This document shows positions 9,046 to 20,491 of a DNA stretch of 64,000 nt, piece after piece (positions within the stretch are counted from its first letter, which is position 1; every line of letters begins with the position of its first letter). The notes below the pieces were generated by a model. The model ran no database searches, was not told the DNA's origin, and worked only from the letters and a program-made list of their open reading frames with translations. The translations under genes and the position numbers were made by a program. The stretch is from Pelagomonas calceolata (taxonomy: Eukaryota): the NCBI GenBank assembly GCA_918797485.1, contig CAKKNE010000004.1, forward strand, positions 3,472,001 through 3,536,000. Direction: 5' to 3'.

Positions 9046-11761
9046 TTAAGTAAAGTCGCCCGGTCGCCGCCGCCGCTTGGACTTCATCAGGGCATTCATG
9101 TCTGGCGTGAGGATTTCTCTCGTCATCCGGAGGAGGGTGTCGCTGGGGAGCGCTCTGCGCTGTCGGTCCGTGATGGCCGACAATTCCGTAAGCGCCCGAT
9201 GAGCTGCGTGGACGTCAGGCGTGTCGACGATGCTCGGTTTGCCGATCAGGTCGGCCGGTGTCGTCGGCGCGGCGCCTCGGCGGCGCCGCGGCGCCGTCCG
9301 CCTCGCATCTCGGATTGAGTCGGTGCGTAGTGCGCTCATCGTGACGGCGAGCGCGTCCCTGTAGGCCCCTTCGTCGTCTTCGATCTCCCTCGTCTCTGAC
9401 CCTTGTTCCGTTGACGTTCTAGACGCGCGTTCCAGCCCCTTCACGACGCCCACACGCGACGCGCCACTGTCGCGCCGAGCGGGGCGCCGCGCAAGCGCGT
9501 CCTCCACAGCCGCAGCGGCCTTGGGAGGCGAGCGGGCCCACGAGGTCTCCAATGCATTCGCGACGCGCCGTTCCAGCGCGGCCTCAAACTCGTCGCAGAT
9601 GCGCCCGTAGGCAGGCGGCGGGGCACCCCCCTTCTTCGCGGCGCCAGATCTAACAAGGGCATCGAGTGCCGCTTTCGCCTGGACGTCGCGCCGGGCATTT
9701 ACGATGCGCTCGAAGTTTTCCCGTTGTTTCGCGCCGTCGTTGAGCTCGAGCATTGCCTCAAAAAACGATCGCGGGACTTCGAGCAACATGCTCCGCCGAG
9801 TCGTCGTCGCCGTCGCGAGGAAATGGGTCAGACCCTCTGCGATCTCGACGTCGCCGAGCATGGAGCCGGGCCCGAGCCGCAGCAGATCGACGCGTTCCCT
9901 CCGACTACCGACGGCGACGGCGCCCTCGAGCTTGAGCTCGCCCTGCACCTGTGTGGAGATAAACCAGTGAGCGGACGATAATTCTTCACAAAGTCATTTC
10001 TCGGCGACAACGTGGCAGTGATGACTGAATCGAGGGGTGTAAAGCCCACACCGCCACGCCATCGAACAGTCATCGTGTCGATGGCGTGGATGCTATGATT
10101 CACCCGTATGCGAGAACACCCGCAAAATTTGATTTCTACACGGCCCTGCACCACGAACGCGATGGTGTCGCACTGCAAGCCGCGCCTCGCGACCGCTGCA
10201 CCGGCACAGACATGACGTTTAGTCGACCTCTCAGCGAGCTGCATAAACGACTCCGGCCGCCAATGCTTGAACGGTCCGAGATCCCGAAAGAACTTTCGCG
10301 TCTGCATGATCTCAACTCGCCGGAGGTGCTCGACGGCGAGTGCGTTTCGGTAGTCGTCGCCCCGCACCTCAAGTACCACGCAAGGTTCGATGCACGCCGC
10401 CGTGTCGACGTACGGCGAGTCGGCGCTCGACGCGCCAGTGACGCCGACGCTCCGGAGCAGGGCCCCCTCGCCGAGGCCCGTGCCGGCCTGTGTGGAAATC
10501 AAATTTCGGGCGCCCCACGCCGTCGTGCCGTCTCCTTCATTGAATCAGCTCGACTGCGTGGAGGTTCCACGCCATCGACGCGACGGTGTCCCATGACCGC
10601 GTCGGCTCGATGGCGTGGAGGCTCACGAAGATCCACGCAATATTTGTCAGGATAACCTAACTCACTGGTTGATTTCCACACAGGTGCCGGCCACGACGTC
10701 CTTGGTCGCGACGCCGAGCGTGTCCCACTCTGGGTCCGCCTCCGGCCGCGGGCGGCGCGCCTCCGCTGGCGCTGGAGCGGCGGCGGCCGGCGACGGCGCG
10801 TCGGCAATTCTTTGCGCCGGCACCGGCGCTTCGGCGACGTGAGGTGAGGCCGACGCCGCCGGCGTCGGGGCTGACGTCGCGACGCCGAGCGTGTCCCACT
10901 CCGGCGGCGGCGAGCACGCCACTCCGGAGGTCGCGGACACGTCCTCCGCGGGCGCCGCCGTCGGCCGCGGGCTCGCCTCCGCGGGCGCCGGAGCGCCGGC
11001 GACCGGCGTGGCTGCAATCCCTTGCGCCACCGCCGGTGCCTCGTCGACCGTGCCGCGCGCAGCGCGGGCGAGCTCGTGCGGTCGGCGCCGCAGGACTGCC
11101 CGTCGATCGCCATATAGTTCCCGGCATTCTCGCGTCATGATCGGCGTCGAGTGGCGGAAGAGCTTGATCAAGCCCGCGTGCAGCACGTAGTACTTGTCGG
11201 CGACGTCTCCCTGGAGCCACAGCAGATCCCCGGCCGCGCGCTCGGTAACCGCCAGGTGCTGGCCTGTGTAGAAATCAACCAATGGGAGATGTGCACCACC
11301 ATGCCGTCAAGCCGCCGTGAAATTTGTTTTCCACACGAGGTGCTGACAGAGTCCGGGCAGCGCCGAGGCGTCGGCGCCGGCGAACGCGCCGGACGCCCAC
11401 GCGACGAGGTCGGCGACGACGGCGGCGTCCCTCTCCCCGGGCGCGTGTTCGCGGAGCGTCGCGAGCATTGCGTCGTGGCGTGCCCGCCGCGCCTGTACGT
11501 GAATCATGATTCAGCAGCGGCGGAGACGCTTGGTTTCCGCGACAATTTGGTTTATGCACTGCGCCTCGCGCGAGCGCCCCTGGTTCGTCTCTCCTCGCGT
11601 AACTTATGCAACCAGACGCGCCAGGCTCCGTACAGCTCCCGCTGGTTTGCCAAAGCTGCCTGCCGGGCCATCCTGGTGAGGAACCGCTTCAGGAAGGCTG
11701 CCCCCCGGGCGTCGGTGTCCCATGCTGCTGCTCCCGTTTCCTTCTCTTCTAAAGCCATCAT
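9046..11761 (-). CDS. Protein with two cyclic-nucleotide-binding-like domains; 5 exons: 11761-11570, 11492-11348, 11263-10692, 10487-10152, 9948-9046
   Basis: LLWLQGDVADKYYVLHAG..GTGLGEGALL and VARRGLQCDTIAFVVQGEL..LGPGSMLGD. Five track ORFs join in frame after removal of four introners. Confidence 0.85.
9949..10151 (-). mobile_element. Introner intron (GT-AG, 203 nt)
   Basis: TSD ccctgcac (+ strand 9941-9948 and 10144-10151, perfect); slightly diverged TIRs; spliced FVVQGELK. Confidence 0.93.
10488..10691 (-). mobile_element. Introner intron (GC-AG, 204 nt), inserted in reverse orientation
   Basis: TSD gtgccggc at 10480-10487 and 10684-10691 (perfect); perfect 15-bp TIRs; spliced DVVAGTGLGEG. 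Confidence 0.95.
11264..11347 (-). mobile_element. Short introner intron (GT-AG, 84 nt)
   Basis: TSD gtgctggc (11256-11263) / gtgctgac (11340-11347); diverged TIRs; spliced GLCQHLAVTE. Confidence 0.9.
11493..11569 (-). mobile_element. Short decayed introner intron (GC-AG, 77 nt)
   Basis: TSD cgccgcgc / cgcctcgc; gene-sense ends cagtgcataaaccaaatt ... tgattcacgtacag; spliced GARARRARHD. Confidence 0.8.
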
Positions 11762-11820
11762 CGCGCTCTTGACACAGCACAGCAGCCCAGTTTTAGAGAG
11801 GGCGCTGCGTCAAAGAGCTT

Positions 11821-11843
11821 GCTAGTATCTTACAACCGCTAGC
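11821..11843 (+). promoter_or_regulatory. CTAG-bounded upstream motif
   Basis: gctagtatcttacaaccgctagc, 60 bp upstream of the minus-strand start at 11761. Confidence 0.7.
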
Positions 11844-11941
11844 TATCTGCTGCGGGTTTCTACATCGATAGCGTACTTTTGTGGGCGGAGATATGTAACA
11901 AATCACTTACTAGTGGACTGCGTCTTCGATGGAGTGGGCGC

Positions 11942-13306
11942 CTACATGAAGGCCATGCGCCGCCCGCACCCGCCGTCCGCAAACGGGCACTGCTTGAAGG
12001 AGGCGCCATGATACATGATCTTGACGCCGTGTAACTTGCAGTCCTCGTGCTTGCAGACGACCCATCTGCCAGAGTCGGGGTCCTCCTTCGCGCGCTTATG
12101 CGCCGCGAGCCTTTTCGCAGTCGAGCTCTCTTTCCTTTTGATGGCGTCCTGCACGGGATCCAGTCCGCTCTCGTTCCTCGCTTTCTCGCGCCGCCTCCTA
12201 GCCCTCCCCCTCGCTTTCTTCTTTTGGTCATCTAGTTTTGTGCGGTGATTCTCGACGGTGGCCTCGCCGTCGTGCGGGTCCGTGCCCGCCTGCTCGGCGT
12301 AGGACACGCCAGCGGCCGCGAGCGCGTTCTTCTTGCGCTTCTCGGCGAGGCGCTCCACCTCTCCTGGCGACCGCGACGCCTCTAAGGCAGCTTTCTCCTT
12401 CGCTCTTGTGAGGATGCGCTCCGCGAGCGCGTCGGCCTTGCGCGGCGCCGTGCGTCGAGTCCTCGCCCGCGGCGCGTGCGCCAGCGTCGCCGCGAGCTTC
12501 TCCGCGGCCTCCATCGCGTAGATGAGGAGGAGCCGCTCGTCCGCGTCTTTCCCTTTCGACTTGTCCACGGCGCAGCGGTAGCGCTCCAGCGTGGCCTCCG
12601 CAACCAAATCGAGGTCCGCGAGCGGCTCGTCTCCAGCTGTCTCGAGGTTGCACGACGAACGGGCGTCCAAGGGTAGGCAGCTTCCCGCCCCCCTACCAAC
12701 ATCCATCCCGCGGAGACCGCCGCCCCCCTTCCGGGAGGAAAGCGTCGGAATGCGGCGCGGTTGGTTCGCCGGATGCACCCGCAGCGCATTGGCGATGTCC
12801 GGGTCCCGCTGCTGCAGAGCGAGCTGCGTCACGACCCGCTCCGCCAAGCCCGGTTTTCCAGCGTCGGCGTAGATGTCTTTCGCCACCCTGACCGAGCCGC
12901 CGTGAAAGCTCCGCACCGAGTCATGGAGGGGCTGCTTCGTCAGGTTTTGGGGGTTACTTTCTTCTATGAGCGCCAGGCAGTCGACGACGCCGCGGATGGG
13001 GTTTCTGAGCTTGCCGTTTGTAGGCGCGTACGACGCCGCGCGGGTTCTGAGCCCGTCGACGCACGCCGCGCACGCGGCCACGACGAAGGGGCCGCGCCGC
13101 GGCCTGTTGGTGCAGCCGGCGAAGCCGAGTGCGCAGAGGCAGTGCGCGCACGTCGGCGCCTTGGTCTCCGTCGTTCTCGCGAGCAATCCTCGGCGGCCGC
13201 CGCCGAGGTCGATGACCTTCGGGCAGACGAGGCACGTGTTCGTTTGATCGGCCTCGACGCTCCCCTCGGCGTAGAACACCTTCAGCTTCTGTCTTTCCGT
13301 CGCCAT
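11942..13306 (-). CDS. Hypothetical protein with Cys/His clusters at both ends (possible zinc fingers) and a basic coiled region
   Basis: 454-aa ORF with protein-like composition; CLVC, CAHC, CAAC and CKHEDC..H..CPF..C. No family recognised. Confidence 0.55.
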   Translation of the reverse strand: MATERQKLKVFYAEGSVEADQTNTCLVCPKVIDLGGGRRGLLARTTETKAPTCAHCLCALGFAGCTNRPRRGPFVVAACAACVDGLRTRAASYAPTNGKLRNPIRGVVDCLALIEESNPQNLTKQPLHDSVRSFHGGSVRVAKDIYADAGKPGLAERVVTQLALQQRDPDIANALRVHPANQPRRIPTLSSRKGGGGLRGMDVGRGAGSCLPLDARSSCNLETAGDEPLADLDLVAEATLERYRCAVDKSKGKDADERLLLIYAMEAAEKLAATLAHAPRARTRRTAPRKADALAERILTRAKEKAALEASRSPGEVERLAEKRKKNALAAAGVSYAEQAGTDPHDGEATVENHRTKLDDQKKKARGRARRRREKARNESGLDPVQDAIKRKESSTAKRLAAHKRAKEDPDSGRWVVCKHEDCKLHGVKIMYHGASFKQCPFADGGCGRRMAFM

Positions 13307-14732
13307 GCTTCGCTCTATCTAGCGTTTCGCTGCGCGGTGTTGCAGCAGCGCTGACAGCTGATCTATAGAGACCAGCACCCGCGCTCCCAGCGCGTAAATG
13401 GCAGCACGCGGCGCGCCTGATCCTCTGCTCTGCCTCTCGCGCCAAAGCTGCAGTCAAATGCCGGCCGCAAAAACGCGCGAGGGACGCTAGGTAGAGGCAT
13501 CGGGAGCGCTACACACTAAATACAATCCTCCTTACAACAGAAAAACCGGCAGCACCGGGGAACCCCGCGCGACAAGACAAGAGCTGGGCCATCTAGCGGC
13601 GACGCGGCCCGCGGCCCTGGTCGTGTATCTCTCCGAACGCCGCCGCCCTCGCGCCGTCGCCGAGATGACGTACTCCGAGCATGCGCTCCCATCAAACGCG
13701 GCGTCCTGTTCGTCGACCGGGAACGCGACATCGCCCTAGATGCGCACGGCCTGTGGCCCTACATCCAGCCCGGGGCCCGCCGAGACCTCGAGCGCGTCGA
13801 CTTTCCGCTCTTCGAGACTAGGACACCACCAGCAGGTCCGGTTCGTGCAACCTTCACGCCATCGAGCAGACGTAGTTCGAAACGACGCCGCGTCGACGGC
13901 GTACTGATGCAGGCCTTCGATTCATGATGTGCAGGATCGTCAAGACCTCCATCCGAAGAGGATGCGAGCCCGCGCGCGTCGTCAGAGGTGGCGCGTCGAC
14001 CGCGGCGCGCCGTTTCACAGCGTGCGCGCCGAGCAGAGGTCGGCGAACGAAGAGTGCCCACGCGTCGTTAGACGATTTGTGCGCGGCGCGCGAGAGTCTC
14101 CCGCGCCGCCGAGGCGGGGCTGGGCTGCAAGCTTGCTACCGCACTACTCCCTCTCCTGAGGCGCAACGCTGCGACGCGTGCTGGAGCTGTTGAAGCGTTC
14201 GTCCTACGCTCCTTTGGAACCGCTACTCTGCCTGGCACCAGCGCTCGCGCGTGCGGCGAGGCAAGCTGGCAATTGCGCAAGTTTTTGGTCAAGCCCCGGG
14301 TTTTCGGGCCTGTGATTTGTCCTTTTTGCGAGCGTCTTCGATTCTCAGCACACACTATACACTATTACACGCTAGTAAAAGGCGCGAGCCGGCCGCCGGC
14401 CGGCGTTTTGGCGCGCAGACATAGCCACCAATATCTCCTCTGCCTCGCATACTTTTGCGAGCGACAGAGCACCGTCAAAAAGTTTCACAAGTACGCCGCC
14501 GTGTCAAACAAACGCGACGCCGCGCGACCGCGAGCGTTTCTGCAAACCAAATTTCTCACAAGCATAGAAATTGCCCAAAAAACGCCGACGCCGCGACGAC
14601 GCGGCACCACAAAACACAGCGTCTCACCCGCCACACAGCTACACATCGCCACGAGACTGGAGAGCCCACCAAAACCATTCCCGCGCGAGACGAGCGCTTC
14701 TCCGTTCCGCAGGCAGACGCGCCGCATAAAAC

Positions 14733-15308
14733 ATGTCCGGCAAGAGCCAGAGCACCCAGATGGACGAGGACAAGGTCGTCGATTACTGCGGCGCCAGCGG
14801 GGCCAAGAAGGCCAATTTGACCACGCCGCGCCTGATCATTACGTCCAAGACCGGCCCGTACACGACGGTCAGCGCCGACGCCACGGTCGAAGACACCTGC
14901 CTCAAGGTCGGCGCGCCGACCGCCGGCCTCACGCACCTCATGCTCCACCTCCGGATGGGGGACGTCGAGATGGACGGCGACGGCGACGCGAACAACCCCG
15001 ACGTCACGGTCCTCATTAACGCGTCGACGAAGAAGAACAAGTTCGTCTCCGCCTTCCTGCCGGCGCTGGCCGCCTTGGCCCTCACGGGCCGCATGGAGCG
15101 CCGCGCGGCGGCCATCGAGGACTGCATCAACGAGACCGGCGAGCTGCGCAAGGAGCTCGCCCGAGACGCGGCGCGCGCGTGCCTGGTACGTCTCGCGCGT
15201 CGCGTCGCCGGCGTCGCCCGCCGTCGATCCTCCCCCGCGCAGGCCGACCTGCCGAACAAGACGACCGACGAGGCCTTGGCCACGGTGGGCAAGGCCAACC
15301 GCGTGTGA
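14733..15308 (+). CDS. Hypothetical protein
   Basis: 191-aa ORF with A-rich leader (aaaacATG) and high GC3. No family recognised. Confidence 0.55.
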   Translation: MSGKSQSTQMDEDKVVDYCGASGAKKANLTTPRLIITSKTGPYTTVSADATVEDTCLKVGAPTAGLTHLMLHLRMGDVEMDGDGDANNPDVTVLINASTKKNKFVSAFLPALAALALTGRMERRAAAIEDCINETGELRKELARDAARACLVRLARRVAGVARRRSSPAQADLPNKTTDEALATVGKANRV

Positions 15309-15953
15309 GGAGCCAGCGTCTTTCTTTTCTCGTGGTCGTTTCTCACTCAATCTATCGTAGGTTAGGGGAGCCCGAATCCGACGTGCGGCCGGCGAAGAAG
15401 CACTGCGGCGGCAACGGCAACCAGCACGACACCAGCGCCCCATTTATTGTTTAATGCGAAACCCAAACCAAGTCCGCTCCGCAGGAATGCGACGATCAAC
15501 CAGACCAAGTAGATTTGATAACCGTCGCCGCGCTCGCGACGACGACGCCCTTCCGCGTGCTAGGAGGGTAAAAGTCTAGATGACGACGTCGCTGTCACCC
15601 AGGGACTCGTCCGTCGACGGCGTCGGCGGCTGCTCGCGTCGGCGGCGGCGCCGTCGCTCGGTCCCTCGTCCCGACGCCGAGGCCCACCAGGAGGAGGCTG
15701 CCCGAGGTGGCTGCCGTGCGCCGGCGCGGGCGTCGAGCGGGCGCGCCTCGGGGCCCGCAACGCTCGTCGCGCCGCAGTCGCGGTTTCGCGCTACGTCGAG
15801 CCCACGCACACCAACACCAAGCCCTGAGCCTGAGCGTGAATTCACTTTGTGCTTGTACGGGTTAATGTTTGGCGGCCGAGAGCAGGCCTTTGACGCGAAA
15901 TTTCCTCTCTGCAAGAATCGTATAGGCGCCGGGGGCCATGTGTGAAAATCATT

Positions 15954-15977
15954 GCTAGTGTCTTACATGCCGCTAGC
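15954..15977 (+). promoter_or_regulatory. CTAG-bounded upstream motif
   Basis: gctagtgtcttacatgccgctagc upstream of the M28 peptidase. Confidence 0.7.
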
Positions 15978-16118
15978 TAGCTTGGTCTTTGTGTTGCCGT
16001 CCTGACGGGTCAGAGCGTCGCATGCATGCGCTAGGACCGATAGAATTCGTCCGCAGTGGCTGCACGCTGCAGACTGCAGGCCTGATCAAGGAATGAAAAG
16101 CAAATAGCAAACGGCTGA

Positions 16119-18398
16119 ATGCGCATGCGCCGCGGACGCCTCAAAAAGAAGACGAGCGACGGCGACGGCGGCGCGGCCCCGGAGAAGCCGCCGACGCGCA
16201 GCTGGCGCCGGGTATGTCTCGCCGTCGCGTGCGCCTGCGCGGCAGAAGTGCTGAGCTGCCGGCGGCGCGTCCCGGCGCCGGCGGGGTTCGACGCGGCGCG
16301 GGCGGCGACGCACGCGAGGGTCCTCGCGTCGCTCGGGCCGCGCACCGTCGGCGAGCGCGCGCTGGACGCGGGGCTCGCGTACGCGCTGCGGGAGGCGCGG
16401 CGCGTGCCGGACGCGGAAGTGGAGGAGTGGCGGAGCGGCCGCGGCGCGGTCGACCACGCGCAGTTCCTGGGCGGCTTCGTGGGCGTCTACGACGACGTCG
16501 CGTGCGTCGTCGCGCGCCTGAAGGGCCGGGCGGAGGGGAAGGGCGCCGTCCTGCTCAACGCGCACATCGACTCGGCGGCGAACGCGCCCGGCGCCTCGGA
16601 CGACCTCCTGGCCGTCGGCGTCTTGCTCGAAGCCCTGAACTATTTCTCGAAGAATAGGCCGCGGCGAGATCTCATCGTCCTCATCAACGGCGCGGAGGAG
16701 ACGCACCAGCTCGCGGCGCACGCCTTCGCGACGCAGCACCCCGCCGCGGAGGACGTGCGGTTCGTCGTGAACTTGGAATCGATGGGCTCCGGCGGACGGG
16801 AGTTCATTTTTCGCTGTGAGCGAGAGGATGTGAGCCTAGCCCTCCGCGGGACGACCGTCGCGCGCGGCTCCGTGCTAGCGGAGGAACTGTTCCGGGCGGT
16901 GCTCTGGCGCGCGGCGCGCACGGACTACGCCGAGTTCCTGCGGGCGCTGCCGCGCGCGGGCGTCGGGGGCGTCGACGTCGCCTTTCTGGAGGACGGCTAC
17001 GCGTACCACACGTCCCAGGACCGCCGCGTTTCCCTGAAATCGACGGCGAGCGAGGCCGCGACGCTCGTCGATGTCGTGGAGCGGCTCGAAGGGGTCGAAG
17101 ATGACGCGGAAGTCACGCACGGCTTCGTGTTCTTCGACCTCCTCGGCGTGGTCGTCGTGGGCTACTCCGCGACCGTCGCGCGGTGCCTCCACGGCGCTGC
17201 GGCGCTCGCCGGCGCGGTGGAGGCCCGGCGCCGCGCCGGCTCGCCGGCGGAGGCCCTCCAGGCGTTCGGTCGGGCGGCGCGCGCCGTCTTCGCGGCGGGG
17301 CTCGCGGCGGCGGCGTTCGGCGCGGTCCTCTCCCTCCTCGCGCCGATGCGATGGTACGCGGGTGGCGTGCCCGCGGCGCTGGTGCTCTTTCTGCCGCCGG
17401 CGGCGTTTGTCGGCGCCGACGAGGACGCTCTCGCCCTCTGGAGCCTGGTGTGTGGACTCGGGGCGCTGTTTAACATAGGCGCGGCCTACGCGGCCTGCGC
17501 GGCAGTGTTGGGGTTATTGTGTCGGTCTCTGCGGCCGGTGGCGCTCGTCGTCTGGATCCAAATCGCGCACACGCTCCTCGGCGTCGCGGTGCCGCTCCTC
17601 GGCAGGGTCGGGAGCCGCGTTCCGTTGGACGCGGCCGTCGGCGCGCTCGTTGGAATCCTTGCGGGCCTGATCCGCACGCTGACGCCGCCGTGGCCGCGGC
17701 CGCCGAACAAACGAGTGAGCGTTAGCGTCTTGGCCGGCCTGCTGGTCGCCGCCTGCGCGGCGCCGGCGTTCACGGCGGCGCGGCCCAAGCGCCTCGCGCT
17801 GCAGCACGTCTCCCGCGACCTGGAGATCTCTCGCGACAGCGGCCTCTGGGTGATTCCCCTGGACGGGTCGCGGCTGCGAGGACTCGGGCGGGCGCTGGGT
17901 CGCGCGACGCCGGTCGCGTGCGACAAGACGAGGCCGCCGTGCTACCTCGAGTACCCCTGGTTTTTTCCGTTCGCCGATATTGTGCGGGGCGACGTGTGGC
18001 TCGATGCGCCTTCGCCAGACTTGGCCGGCGACAAGCCGGCGTCGCTGGCGCTGGCGCGAATTGGCGACGCCGTGGACGTGAGCGTCGAGGGCCCCTCGCA
18101 CATGCACGTCGTGCTACGGGGCGACGTCCGCAGCTGGTCGTTCGCGGGCGTGAGACGCGCGCCGGAGCCGCGGCGCCGCGCGGAAGGGGTCTACCTCGCG
18201 CAGCTCACGTGCGGCCGGGCGCGGTGCTCGTTCCGCATCTCGGTCCGCGTCGACGGGCCGCTTGAGGTCTCCCTGGCCGCCCACCGCCCAGTGTTGACGA
18301 CAGAGGCGCTCGAGAACCTGCGGCGCGACCTGCCTCCCTGGGCCGTCGGGGCGGAATGGGGGAAATTTGTATCGGAGCTCGTCTTGAGGAGTGTGTAA
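16119..18398 (+). CDS. M28 family ER metallopeptidase (ERMP1-like), multi-TM
   Basis: LLNAHIDS, GASDD, NGAEE, VNLESMGSGG, TDY, YHTSQD followed by multiple TM helices. Confidence 0.9.
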   Translation: MRMRRGRLKKKTSDGDGGAAPEKPPTRSWRRVCLAVACACAAEVLSCRRRVPAPAGFDAARAATHARVLASLGPRTVGERALDAGLAYALREARRVPDAEVEEWRSGRGAVDHAQFLGGFVGVYDDVACVVARLKGRAEGKGAVLLNAHIDSAANAPGASDDLLAVGVLLEALNYFSKNRPRRDLIVLINGAEETHQLAAHAFATQHPAAEDVRFVVNLESMGSGGREFIFRCEREDVSLALRGTTVARGSVLAEELFRAVLWRAARTDYAEFLRALPRAGVGGVDVAFLEDGYAYHTSQDRRVSLKSTASEAATLVDVVERLEGVEDDAEVTHGFVFFDLLGVVVVGYSATVARCLHGAAALAGAVEARRRAGSPAEALQAFGRAARAVFAAGLAAAAFGAVLSLLAPMRWYAGGVPAALVLFLPPAAFVGADEDALALWSLVCGLGALFNIGAAYAACAAVLGLLCRSLRPVALVVWIQIAHTLLGVAVPLLGRVGSRVPLDAAVGALVGILAGLIRTLTPPWPRPPNKRVSVSVLAGLLVAACAAPAFTAARPKRLALQHVSRDLEISRDSGLWVIPLDGSRLRGLGRALGRATPVACDKTRPPCYLEYPWFFPFADIVRGDVWLDAPSPDLAGDKPASLALARIGDAVDVSVEGPSHMHVVLRGDVRSWSFAGVRRAPEPRRRAEGVYLAQLTCGRARCSFRISVRVDGPLEVSLAAHRPVLTTEALENLRRDLPPWAVGAEWGKFVSELVLRSV

Positions 18399-18481
18399 CA
18401 ATTTTGTCGTCGTCTTTGGTATACCGAACGATTCTTACCGAGGGAGAGAGGGAGGGCGATGGCGAGGGCGAGCACGACGCA

Positions 18482-20491
18482 TCACGCGGCGAGGACGAGC
18501 ACGAGGAGCGCGGCGCTGACGCCTGAGAGGCGGTGGGCGGCGTCGACAGTGCGGGTTGCGGTCGGAGCCACGGTCGGAGCCACGGTCGGAGCCACGGTCG
18601 GCCGGGGCGTTGGAAACGGACAGTCCACGCCTTGGCGCATCACGCCGCACGATGTCGACGCGCACTTGGTGCCGGCAAACGCGTCTTGAAAGGTGAGGCT
18701 GCCGTCCCCATCGGCAAACTCAACGTCGTCGTCGACGCACCAGCCGAGGTCCTGGTCGAAGGACGTGGCGCTGTGGAACATGTAGCTCATGTCCGTGACG
18801 CTGTCGACCGTCCAACCACTAATGTCTTGGTCGAAGGCAATGGCGGCAGCGAACATCCCTATCATGTCCGTAACGCCCGCGGTATTCCACGCGCCTATGT
18901 CTTCGTTGAAGGACGAGGTCTCCTGGAACATATCAGCCATGTTCTTGACGCTAGAGGTATCCCACGCGCCTACGTCCTGGTTAAAGGCCAAGGCACCGTT
19001 GAACAAGCCCCCCATGTGCGTGACACTGTCGACCGCCCAATCACCGATGTCCTGGTTGAAGGACGAGGAACCGTAGAACATCCCGTACATGGTCTTGACG
19101 CCGGAGGTATCCCACGCGCCGATGTCCTCGTTGAAGGTATTCGCAGATGCCGGAAGCACGCAGGAATCACATTCGGGGCAGGGTTCATCATCATCCTCGT
19201 CCATCCAATCCTGCCGCGCACAAAACAGCCACGACATGTCCGTCACCCCCGATGTCTCCCACGTCGAGATGTGGCCGTACGTCGACTCGGCGGCCGTCGC
19301 GTCCGAGAACCACGCCGCGACTGCCGTTCGAATGTGACTATCGGTCATGACGTAGCCCGTGGGGCGCGGCGTCGGTGCGGGGACGCAGTTGCTGCTTTGC
19401 ACGACACCGCACGACGTCGACTCACACGCGGCGCCAGTAAACGCCTCTTCGAAAGCCTCTTCGAAATCCACGTCGTCGTCAACGCACCAGCCGAGGTCCT
19501 GGTTAAAGGCCAGGGCTTCCATGAACATCTCTTCCATGCTCATGACGCTGTGGACCGCCCAACCACCGATGTCTTGGTTAAAAGACGTGGCTTCGGCGAA
19601 CATCCCGCCCATGTCCTTGACGTTGGAAACGGGCCAGTTGCCGATGTCCTGGTTGAACGACGAGGCGTAGCCGAACATTTCGCCCATAGACGTGACGCTG
19701 TGGACCGCCCAACCACCAATGTCCTGGTCGAAGGCCGAGGCGCCGCGGAACATCTCGTGCATATCCGTGACGCTGCGGACCGCCCAACCACCGATGTCTC
19801 GGTTAAACGACGAGGCCTCGTTGAACATCCCGTACATGGTCTTGACGCCGGAGGTATCCCACGCGCCGATGTCCTGGTTAAAGGCGGAGGCGCCGTGGAA
19901 CATCCAGTCCATCCTTGTGACGCCAGAGGTATCCCATGGGCCGATGTCCTCGTCGAAGGACGACGTCGACGATAAGACGCAGTCATCATAGCACCCGTCG
20001 CCATTCGCGCAGTCCTCAATCATCCAATCAGCACGCACGCAAAACAACCATGACATGTCCGTCACCCCCGATGTCTCCCACGTCGAGATGTGGCCGTACG
20101 TCGCCGCTGCGGCCGTCGCGTCCGAGAACCACGCCGCGACGGCCGTTTTTAAGTTGCTGTCGGTCATGACGTAGCCCGAGAGCACGCGCCGCTGCTCGTA
20201 GTGCCGCTGCTCGTAGTTTGATATCGCAGCCACGTCGCGGTCGCCCGCGGGCGCCGCGGCGGACTGGGAGCCCAGGATGGGGCTGCTCAATCTATGATGC
20301 TGCGCGGCTGCCCGTGAGCCCACGCGCCGCTGCTCGTAGTTTGATATCGCAGCCACGTCGCGGTCGCCCGCGGGCGCCGCGGCGGGCTGGGAGCCCAGGC
20401 TCCAGGTGGGGCTGCTCAATCTAATTATGGGGCTGCGCTGCGCGGCGGCCTGTATGCCTAGTACCGCCAGGGCTGCGAAGGATGGAAACAT
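18482..20491 (-). CDS. DUF285/BspA-type repeat surface protein, probably GPI-anchored
   Basis: Signal peptide [12 protein letters not shown]; ~25-aa repeats FNQDIGxWDTSxVxxMxxMF in two duplicated modules; PTVA repeats; hydrophobic C-terminus. Confidence 0.9.
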   Translation of the reverse strand: MFPSFAALAVLGIQAAAQRSPIIRLSSPTWSLGSQPAAAPAGDRDVAAISNYEQRRVGSRAAAQHHRLSSPILGSQSAAAPAGDRDVAAISNYEQRHYEQRRVLSGYVMTDSNLKTAVAAWFSDATAAAATYGHISTWETSGVTDMSWLFCVRADWMIEDCANGDGCYDDCVLSSTSSFDEDIGPWDTSGVTRMDWMFHGASAFNQDIGAWDTSGVKTMYGMFNEASSFNRDIGGWAVRSVTDMHEMFRGASAFDQDIGGWAVHSVTSMGEMFGYASSFNQDIGNWPVSNVKDMGGMFAEATSFNQDIGGWAVHSVMSMEEMFMEALAFNQDLGWCVDDDVDFEEAFEEAFTGAACESTSCGVVQSSNCVPAPTPRPTGYVMTDSHIRTAVAAWFSDATAAESTYGHISTWETSGVTDMSWLFCARQDWMDEDDDEPCPECDSCVLPASANTFNEDIGAWDTSGVKTMYGMFYGSSSFNQDIGDWAVDSVTHMGGLFNGALAFNQDVGAWDTSSVKNMADMFQETSSFNEDIGAWNTAGVTDMIGMFAAAIAFDQDISGWTVDSVTDMSYMFHSATSFDQDLGWCVDDDVEFADGDGSLTFQDAFAGTKCASTSCGVMRQGVDCPFPTPRPTVAPTVAPTVAPTATRTVDAAHRLSGVSAALLVLVLAA

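Noticed and set aside
18700..19960. ~75-nt periodic repeats resembling a CRISPR-like array
   Set aside because: They are in-frame coding repeats of the DUF285 protein; there are no unique spacers or cas genes.
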